DNA of 64,000 nucleotides from IMG/VR virus record IMGVR_UViG_3300025120_000019, one strand, 5' to 3'. Origin of the DNA: a virus. The notes beneath the pieces were generated by a model. That model saw only the letters and a list, made by a program, of their open reading frames with translations. It ran no database searches and was not told where the DNA came from. Shown piece after piece: positions 40,901 to 48,500 of the stretch. Both the position numbers and the translations under genes were made by a program. Numbering within the stretch: position 1 is the first letter of the stretch; every line of letters starts with the position of its first letter.

Positions 40901-43900
40901 ACAGGTTTACTTCCAATTACTGCTTTAGATGCAACATCAATTACAGTTGATGTTGGAATTTCACTTACTGCGTTGCAAGCTCATACTTGGATAAGCTCAA
41001 TAGCAGATAGTGTATCAGTTGGAAACTTTACTGTGCAAGATACATCTAATGGCCCGGCTAGTAGTTCAGAAGTGTCTGCATTAGAAGGCGATATAACAAT
41101 AGTTACAAATGCTATAACTGCAAATAATAACTCAGGCGTACCAGCAGAAGTTACACCAAGTGTTACATGGGCATCACAATCTATCCAAGCAGATTATAAC
41201 ACTATTGTAGCAAATAAATCTGCATTACAAACAGCAACTACAGATTTTATAACTGAAAAATATCAAGGATATAATTTCAACGCAACAAAGTGTGAAAGAG
41301 ATACAAAATATATAATTGATGCTCTTTCATATGACTTATTGTACGGTGGTAATAGTGCTACTATAGATGTAGCTAAAAGTTATTGGGTAGGAACACAAAC
41401 ACAAGTAGCTGATCAAAAAGAAGAAACAGCAGTCACCATAGACTATGTTGGAAAAATATGTGACGAAATAATTAGAGATAAAGATGTTGATTATAAATGG
41501 CAAGGTGTAGTAAATCAAGATAAAACTAATGGTGCTGGTACAATTATAGAAGTAGGTAGGGTACAAACACTAGTACAAATTATGGAAGATGTAATTGAAA
41601 ACGGACTTGATAATCTTCCATCTACTACATATCCAGATTACCCACAATGGGTAGATACAGATGTTGTACAAGGTATCTCAAACTTGTTTAGTCAAAAAGA
41701 AACAATTAAAACTGAAACTGTAGATTATATTGATGCAACATATAATGGTTACTCATATGATCAAGCTAAGTGCAAGCAAGATACTGGATTCTTAATAGAT
41801 GCAATTACACATGATTCATTTTATGAATCTAATATTCAAACACTTATTGCAACTAGAGCATACTTTTTAGGATCTGCTCAGTATCTTCCATCTTATCAAG
41901 TAGCAAACACAGTAACAGCATACACACATTTACAAAGTGTAATAGACGATTGTATACAAGGTGTAGCAGTTACTAAATCTGCAGGAAATCCACTTAATCA
42001 AACACTAAGTGGTAATTATGGTAATTCTACTGTAGCAAATACTTTTACAGGCTTGATTAATATAACAAAAACAGCAATAAACAATCAAACACTTGTTGGT
42101 ACTCCAGCAGAAATAGAACCAAACTATAGCTGGATATCACAGGCAACAAGAAACGCTTGTTTAGAATTTTTTAGTCAAAGAGCTTACTATCAAACTGAAG
42201 TTATTAACTATCTGAATACAAAAGTTATTGGCTTTACTTATAATATTGATAAGTGTAAAAGAGATACTGGATATATTATTGATGCCGCTGTGTACGACAT
42301 GGTTTATGGTGGTGATAAGCAAACACAGAGAGCCGCAACTGCATATTATAGTGGTACAGTATTACAGGTGACTAACAATGCATATACTGACCAGTGTGAA
42401 ATAACTGCATATGCTAATTACTATCTTGCAGATATTATTGCTAAAGTTTCAATAAATGATACTGTAACAAAAAGTTTTGGCAACACATTTAATCAGATAC
42501 AAACTATACCAGACGGAAGTACCTTGATAGGAACAGCAACATATCCGGGTGCAACTTGTGAATTATTGATTAATAGATTAGCAGATTCGATTTATAATAA
42601 ATCAGTAAGTGGTTGGTTTGAAAGAGAACCTGACTTAACATTAGGTAACAGCATTTATTTGACTGAACGTAATACTATACTTGCCGCTGAACAAACTATT
42701 GTAGACAATGCTATTTCAGCATTAAACTTACAATATGGTGGTAGATTTGATGTTAACTTATTTCCAGGAATAATAAGTGTAACTACTGATAAGTTAGGTA
42801 GCTTGCATAATGTAAGTACAGTAAGTACTTCAGGTCACGCATTTGAATATGTAGGTGCAGGTATAACATATAATGCACTACCGTTCTTTGGAGGTACGGC
42901 TGTTCCTTCAACAGAAATTATACAAAGTAATCAAGGTAAAGTTTTTGCAGGTGGTACTGTTGACCAAATCGGTAACTTTAGAGTTGGTGACTTCTTTGGT
43001 GTAAATGCATTAACAGGTAGCATCACACTTAATGCTAATGAAATTGATTTATCAGGATTAACTAGTGTTGGACCTTTCATTAGAAACGGTATTCCAGTTG
43101 GTGTAGAATTAAAAGAGGTTAGTGATAATGAAGCACTTGTTTCAAGTTTAGGTACACAGGATTTAAATACTGCTCCTACTCAAAGAGCTGTTTCTAATTA
43201 TGTTGAAGCTAGATATCTAAATAAATTAACTGGTGGTACAGTTCAAGGAAACGTTACACTAAACGGAAACTTTGATGTAAATGGTAGTGTTATTTCAACT
43301 ACTTCAACTGGTGCTTTTGAATTATTAAACACAAACGCAACAACAGTTAACGCATTTGGACAAGCAACGGCTATAAATTTAGGCGCCGCAAATGGACTAG
43401 TAACTATTAATCCTGATATGACAGTTCAAGGCGCATTAACTGTAAATGGTAATTTGATATTTACAGGCGATGTTGCAATTACTATACCGGACGAAGAATT
43501 ACAAGCATATAGTATTACAGAAGGAACAGAAGATTACATTAGTATTAATACTAGATCAGGTGAAGAATCAGTAACCTTTGGTCAACAACCAAGTGTAATT
43601 ATTGCTAATACAACTGATAGTACAAGTAAAGATACAGGGTCGTTAATAGTAGATGGTGGAGCCGGTATTGAAAAGAATATTAATGTAGGCGGCAGTGCAG
43701 ACATTGATGATAACTTAACACTAGGTACAGACAGAACTGTAAACGCACATACTATTAAAGGTAAAATAGATATTGATATACCAGATTCTGGTATTAACAA
43801 TTTTAGAATACACGAAAACCTAAGTGAATACTTAGACATTGTAACAACAGATGGTTCAGAATCTATAAAACTTGGTACAACACCTAAACTTGTTGTACAA

Positions 43901-45313
43901 AATAACACAAATGCTACAAGTAGCACAACTGGTGCAGTACAAATTACAGGTGGGTTAAGTACACAACAAGATATCCATGCTGGTAATGATATAACAGCAG
44001 ATAGAGATTTAAAAGCTGATAGAGATGTTGAAGTAAATGGCACAAATATTATTACAGATGAAACAGGTGCTTTCAATGTATTCAATACAAATGCTACAAC
44101 AATAAATGCGTTTGGAGCCGCTACATCAGTTAACATAGGAGCGGCAACAGGTACATTAACTATAAACAACGAGGTTGTAATTGTAGATAGTGTTGCTGGT
44201 TTCCAAATTCCGGTTGGTACCACAGGACAGCGTCCAACAAATGTTACAGGTAGAATTAGATTTAACACTACTACAAATGCATTTGAAGGTTACGATGGTG
44301 TAGCGTGGAATAGCTTAGGTGGTGTAATTGATGTAGATCAAAATACATATATCTTAGCTGAAGATACACCTGGTGCTGATAACAATGAATTAGACTTTTA
44401 TACAGAAGGAACTAAACGGGCAACACTTTCTAACACCGAATTTAATATTGGTACAACAACTATTCTAAATGTACAAAATACTACTGAAAGTACAGATTAT
44501 CAAACCGGCGGATTAGTTGTATCAGGTGGTGCTGGAATAGCTAAAGATTTACACGTACAAGGATTTATAGGTGGTGATAATAGCGGAGTGCTTACACTAG
44601 CCAATGTTGCAAGTGATAAAATATTAATAAAAGCAGATACTATTGAATCTCCTGAATCGTTAAAAATTATTACTAATGCACCGGATAGTGCCGCCGACGA
44701 TGTAGTATATCCAGTTAGTTTAGCACATCATAGTGTTAGTGGATCTCCAACAGTTGGTAGTGGTACAGGACTTAAATTTGAATTAGAAACTTCAAATAAC
44801 AATTTTGAAGTAGGCGGACAAATTGAAGTTACAGCAATTGATATTACTGGTAACCAAGAAGATTTTGATATGGTATTCAAAACAATGGTTAACGGTACAG
44901 CTGGTATTGAAAAATTTAGAATAAGTGACACAACTAGTACATTTACAAATAATGTACAAGTAGATCAAAGCTTATTTGTTACAGGTGTGCTTGATGCTTC
45001 AAGCTTTAGAGGTAGTGTTGTTGCTGATGATAGTACTGAAATTATTGACGCTATTAATAATAAACTTACTGTTGTAAACGGAGCAATAGGAACCTTATCA
45101 TTAACAACTGATTTAGAAGTACAATATGGTGGTACTGGTAGAAGTAGCTTTGTTCCAAACGGTATTGTTTATGGAGATAATACAAGTCAATTGCAAGTTA
45201 CAGAAGCGGCAGGTAGTGCAGATATTAATACATCATTCCAAATGCTAACAGTAACAGATTCAGGCGATGATACTCCAATTTGGACAGACACAATAGACGG
45301 CGGTTCATTTTGA
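34961..45313 (+). CDS. Giant fibre-like virion protein (3450 aa): beta-helix scaffold, about 10 phycobiliprotein-like helical repeats, 6 beta-rich repeats, fibre shaft
   Basis: LYV...G.D.NDG...TIK.A...G.Y.E beta-helix start; repeated KCxRD..I+DA...D...G.N; C-terminal GG.GI.KD shaft repeats ending IDGGSF. Confidence 0.8.
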   Translation: MEFFKRQSLHKRTVGDTSVTLTADGEVLIAPEGAKTRVTGDLIVSGNATGPATTDILYVTQDGSDTNDGKSMGKDGAKATIKSAAASALPGTTIIVGPGDYYESNPITLADFVTIRGAGDLRNTRIFPRNNTQTIFFMGNGCYLHELTFRALRYPGWCVEIRPGARVTTSPYVQNCTNMNGPWLNDGTEFIPFETVQIAGITPGAKPLMLEDYPALSTDKQINDTGGGGGLYVDGNSYDPTSLVFSFVADAFTQISQGGIGFWIDNFGYTQIVSCFSVFCSVGFKATNGGYLSISNSVSDFGLKGIESDGFFPQAYTTARAEQNYFSTVASVTIQTAGAGYTSAPTVVIEAPTLGGGTQATATTSIDATTGKLSAITVQDAGSGYTTTPLITISGGGASAQATAVVNLAKNITIRLNSLRDKPQTGSIVKFEADPTYYYITGNTQINAPFIYDETVCRRDLKRIIDAVTSDIVLGTSFQSQAAGTSYLRSTSTKVLNDQKAPTIYGIEQARDGMKAQTTNLAMEENIDYLFNIITSTISEGDSSIQPDNSNDVAATFNDLQTIDPAKIEAKNNILENREFLVEELSAYINDQFTELSYNQATYTENMTTLIDGIEMFATLESNQQIVRAAEEFELRTRFKPMLLSSFRYLSDKFEALADVQASSIALTNVKEGFNQFMNIIDDGDSSAIVIVFPEHAGVDNNRADAKDQIIANKNFLIAEFKTFLSAEVSGFVYDDAIYTTDLTNILDACIFDVLYGGNSSTVQEAKYYFANGAGGVAFSALAPVNKAALVNAFARLRFVIQRVVRGLAVTPTSGNGVAQNFASNNATQSEADFIDTLIFNIQDMIDNLTLSRLPATLTKPLYTDEPTLQITAGQKILLNRNNFITDAIAYNLANNPTLTYDQDKCRRDVGYIVDAVNRDILLGTNTNSIQAGQAYKRANTAYLNVEQKPATILGLRKAKALGEAAVISSTTIKDAVTARWEDVLNIIENDELPSEGLSYPDPGPATNELIYGVDQVIANKAFLQEELVAYINANNYVYDKDKCKRDTGLIIDAAAYDTLLGTNYNQRVAGLSYQRANSAYLQSNQKTQTIAGINFAKSKSSDATTHSPSQSTVEAAFDEVIDIINNGATSTEQAADPLTFTDPSTATTGQKNARLQLQANRNFIGKEAVAYVNSNYVNYTYDVTKCQRDTGLIIDAVARDVALGTNYSSVTAGLAYSRASALTNKQAQGIQTLNAFQFVRKETLEKGLSDVGEARALAGYNEVIDVFQNGVLSTDVSADAITFTNPTGASQDLIDAKNQLQANREFIAQETLAYVNANNPKYDVSTATYNQTTGDMVLTIGSHSYTTADYIRLGKESLAFSCTYGQGNHTYVGGTASNAVQSGGNYLHTFVSAVTNGVTSNAGNLPNAVTGATYNASTGEMIITSASHLLTTSNTLAIADDALSFTCTMDGNTTTKTYPRSTDPASGATLAISAVTTNTITINVGASPIVNHDVTNATYNYATGIIEMTIGSHSLAVGTSIKIANDALTFTCDADGNATNHTYPRSTDPARDTALSITAKTGTTISVNVGIISSSTSSTKKYPRNNADPAYSANLRITAVASNTVTVNVGPNTTNPTVHTFESATPGAVTTGYNQDKCLRDARYLVDSLSHDILYGGNTAIRTVANSYFDDGTPQLPNSQQKTAIVNAFQHIATNIIGDVVQNITVAPTRTKFTPGAGTTYDPTTGVLKLAVGSHNLQLSDLIKIEPNGVTFSCTYGAGAHTYVGGTVSNAITITAGSVQKDVTNATYDYATGVMELTIGSHSFTTSDTVTIATNSLTFTCDADGNATNHTYPRVGDPAHNTAIAISAVTGTTITVNVGAVGSSSSNKSYPRATDPAIQRSFTPATGTTYNPATGELVLEIGSHSLTTNMQVVIAPNSMVFTCTTDETKPKLYPRRTDPAFQKGLDITAVTATTITMNVGVSSDTNPHTFISAKTNSVTTGLLPITALDATSITVDVGISLTALQAHTWISSIADSVSVGNFTVQDTSNGPASSSEVSALEGDITIVTNAITANNNSGVPAEVTPSVTWASQSIQADYNTIVANKSALQTATTDFITEKYQGYNFNATKCERDTKYIIDALSYDLLYGGNSATIDVAKSYWVGTQTQVADQKEETAVTIDYVGKICDEIIRDKDVDYKWQGVVNQDKTNGAGTIIEVGRVQTLVQIMEDVIENGLDNLPSTTYPDYPQWVDTDVVQGISNLFSQKETIKTETVDYIDATYNGYSYDQAKCKQDTGFLIDAITHDSFYESNIQTLIATRAYFLGSAQYLPSYQVANTVTAYTHLQSVIDDCIQGVAVTKSAGNPLNQTLSGNYGNSTVANTFTGLINITKTAINNQTLVGTPAEIEPNYSWISQATRNACLEFFSQRAYYQTEVINYLNTKVIGFTYNIDKCKRDTGYIIDAAVYDMVYGGDKQTQRAATAYYSGTVLQVTNNAYTDQCEITAYANYYLADIIAKVSINDTVTKSFGNTFNQIQTIPDGSTLIGTATYPGATCELLINRLADSIYNKSVSGWFEREPDLTLGNSIYLTERNTILAAEQTIVDNAISALNLQYGGRFDVNLFPGIISVTTDKLGSLHNVSTVSTSGHAFEYVGAGITYNALPFFGGTAVPSTEIIQSNQGKVFAGGTVDQIGNFRVGDFFGVNALTGSITLNANEIDLSGLTSVGPFIRNGIPVGVELKEVSDNEALVSSLGTQDLNTAPTQRAVSNYVEARYLNKLTGGTVQGNVTLNGNFDVNGSVISTTSTGAFELLNTNATTVNAFGQATAINLGAANGLVTINPDMTVQGALTVNGNLIFTGDVAITIPDEELQAYSITEGTEDYISINTRSGEESVTFGQQPSVIIANTTDSTSKDTGSLIVDGGAGIEKNINVGGSADIDDNLTLGTDRTVNAHTIKGKIDIDIPDSGINNFRIHENLSEYLDIVTTDGSESIKLGTTPKLVVQNNTNATSSTTGAVQITGGLSTQQDIHAGNDITADRDLKADRDVEVNGTNIITDETGAFNVFNTNATTINAFGAATSVNIGAATGTLTINNEVVIVDSVAGFQIPVGTTGQRPTNVTGRIRFNTTTNAFEGYDGVAWNSLGGVIDVDQNTYILAEDTPGADNNELDFYTEGTKRATLSNTEFNIGTTTILNVQNTTESTDYQTGGLVVSGGAGIAKDLHVQGFIGGDNSGVLTLANVASDKILIKADTIESPESLKIITNAPDSAADDVVYPVSLAHHSVSGSPTVGSGTGLKFELETSNNNFEVGGQIEVTAIDITGNQEDFDMVFKTMVNGTAGIEKFRISDTTSTFTNNVQVDQSLFVTGVLDASSFRGSVVADDSTEIIDAINNKLTVVNGAIGTLSLTTDLEVQYGGTGRSSFVPNGIVYGDNTSQLQVTEAAGSADINTSFQMLTVTDSGDDTPIWTDTIDGGSF

Positions 45314-45441
45314 TAGCTTGGCATAAAAAACAAATAGAATGGTATAGTGATAAACTAGGTATTGGCTGGTATGGTATAGCTTGGATTGCATTCGCAAAAG
45401 GTATAATACTAACAATTATTATTGACTTTTTGTTGTTCTAG
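45310..45441 (+). CDS. Unannotated 43-aa membrane micro-protein
   Basis: TTG start overlapping the upstream TGA (TTGA); MIAWHKKQIEWYSDKLGIGWYGIAWIAFAKGIILTIIIDFLLF. Confidence 0.5.
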   Translation: MIAWHKKQIEWYSDKLGIGWYGIAWIAFAKGIILTIIIDFLLF

Positions 45442-45452
45442 ATCTATAAAAC

Positions 45453-45479
45453 ACCCACTATTTTAATCCTTGATAAATA
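45453..45479 (+). promoter_or_regulatory. Late promoter (ACCCAC-N15-TAAATA) for the 3929-aa gene
   Basis: acccac-tattttaatccttga-TAAATA. Confidence 0.6.
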
Positions 45480-45558
45480 CATTTAAGAGCGATTTCTATC
45501 GTAATTAAAATTATGGGCGTCTATATAGACTTGACTCGTACCTAAATAGGAGGCCGTT

Positions 45559-48500
45559 ATGGCAACAAAAATCAAGCATAAGCGTAGTGCGGTTGCTGGG
45601 AAGCAACCAAGTGTATCGCAGTTAGAATCAGGTGAATTAGCTATTAACACCGCAGACGGAAAAGTATACCTTTTGCGTGATGATAATACAGTTCAAGATA
45701 TAACAAAAAGAGTTTTTGAAGGAAATACAGAATTAAAAGTTGATGATTTAGGTGATAGTACGTCAGCCGCAATTACTGCAAGAGTAAATGCTGACGATAA
45801 AATGATAATCACTGATAACGGCATCAATATAAATGATGATGTACAGATTGAAAATGCCAACACACTTACACTTAAAGAATTAACAGGATCTGGTGCAGAC
45901 GGAGTAAGTCTAAAAGCACCTGATACGCTTGACGCTGGATACTCACTAACATTGCCTCCAAATAGTGGTACTATAGGTCAGCTTTTAAAAACAGATGCTA
46001 ATGGAAATTTAAGTTTTACTGATCCTGATATTTTTGGCGGTAATGTTGTCTACGTTTCTAATGAACAAGGTGATGATATAAATGACGGTCAAAGTGCTCC
46101 TGTAAAAACAATTAAACGTGCCTGTCAGATTGCTTCTGGGTTAGTTTATAATACAGACGGCACAACAAATAATAAACGTGTAAACGTTAAAGTTGCTGTT
46201 GGAGATTACACTGAACAAAATCCTATTATTGTTCCAGATAACACAGTTATTAAAGGTGACGGCTTACGTGGATGTATTTTACGTCCAGCAAATGCTAACG
46301 AAGATATGTTACGGGTGCGTAATGCTTGTTACTTTGGTGAAGTTACATTTAGAGACGGTGTAGACGAGAACGGAGTTCCATTAATTACTTTTGATTATGC
46401 TGTTGCTTTTGATGATCCGTTTGATGTAACTGTAGCTAGGGTTGGCTATACAAATATGCCAACTTCTAGACCCTTTATTACTACTTCACCATATATCCAA
46501 AACTGTTCCATACTTTCATTCTTAGGCGGTAACGGAGCAAAAATTGATGGTAGTAAAATTACATCTCCAAACGTTGGACTAGTACCTTCAGAGCAAGAAA
46601 ACCCAGTTGTAGGATCAATACCTGAACAAGGTAAGTCAATGGTTGCTAACGCCTTTACTATTCTGTCCTTCGGCGGTACAGCATGGCGATTAACCAACGA
46701 TGCTTATGCACAGATTGTGTCTTGTTTTGAAATCTTCCTACTAAACGGTGTTTATACACAGTCCGGCGGATATTGTTCTATTACTAACTCCGCTACAAAC
46801 TTTGGTTTGTATGCGTTGAGATCAAGTGGGTATTCACCTAAAGCTTTTGAATTTGATAGAGCATTTGTATCGTCAACAGGTGCTTTTGAAGGATTACAAA
46901 CTTTAAGTGTAGTTGGTATTAATCGTGCTTCACCAGTTGAAGAATTTGTATTAAGATTTAGAGACCCTGATTATAAAACTGCACGTGACTTGTTATTATT
47001 AGCTAAAAATACTATTGCAACTGATACCGTTTCATATATCAATACTCAAATTGCTGGTGCATCTGCAAGCATTTGGGCAGGATATGATTACGATCCACTG
47101 CAAGCAAAATGTGAAAGAGATACAAAATTATTAGTAGATGCTATTAGGTACGACGCGGCGTTTAACACAAATTATAGATCAATTGCATCTGTAATTACAT
47201 ACTTTAATGGACGTCAAACACCAGCAGTATTTGAATCACAAAGACTACAAGAAGTAGATGCTTTTACACAAGCAAAAGCATTTACTACAAATATAACACA
47301 AGATTCCACATATGATGCAAGAGTTAACGCATTATGGGATGAAGTTATTGATATTCTGGAACACTCTGGAACATATACTGCTGGCACAGGTACTTCATAT
47401 AATGCGGCAAGCGGTTCACTTATTTTAAACGTAGGTGCTCACGATTTAACTGTAGGAACCCAGATTGAAATTGCTCCTAACAGCTTATCATTCAGCTGTG
47501 ACTATGGACAAGGTGCTCATACTTATGTAGGTGGTACTGTAACAGATGCAATTACAATTACTTCAGGTAGTGTTAAAAGAGATGTAACTGATGCAACATA
47601 CAATCATGCAACAGGCGTAATGGAACTTACTATAGGTTCACATAGTTTTACAACTAGTGACACAGTAACAATAGAAACAAATTCTTTAACATTTACTTGT
47701 GCGGCTGATAGTAATGCAACAAACCATACCTATCCAAGAGTAGGAGATCCAGCCGACGGAGTTGCAATAGCTATTTCAGCAGTATCCGGTACTACAATAA
47801 CTGTTAATGTAGGAGCAGTTGGCTCGTCAAGTTCTACTAAAACATATCCAAGAGCAGTTAATGCATCTAACGGAGATCCAGATCCGGCATACAAAACTCC
47901 TGTTACAATTACCGCAGTAAATGCAACTACAGTTACAGTAAATATTGGTAACGCAGGATCAGCCGCTTCGTCAGCTCATACTTTTGAAAGTGCTACAGCT
48001 AATTCTATTACAGTTGCAGGTACTGGAACATTTTCAGATCCCACAGGCTATAATACAAGCTACCTTGCAGGCTACGGTAATGCAAGAGCACAATTAATTG
48101 CAAATAGAAAATTTATTGTTGCAGAAATTACAGCCTATGTTAATAATCAAATTGCCGCTGGAACTGCACCATTTTCAAAAACATTTACATATAGTAAAGA
48201 AAAATGTGAAGAAGATATTGGACATTATTTAGATGCATTTTTATATGATTTAACATATGGTGGTAACTTACAAACTATTGATGCCGCTAATCAAAATTTT
48301 ACTAATACAACACAAGCAGGTGGACTTGCTAATAATAGACTATCAGAATATGGCGAAAAAGCACAAACACTTGCCGCTTATGTTAGATTGAAAGAAGTAT
48401 TAGGTCAAATTGTTCAAGAACAAACAGTAACTAAAAGTGGTGGAGGAGTTCATACTTATGTAGGTGGTACTGTAACAAATGCGGTTACTATAACAGCACC

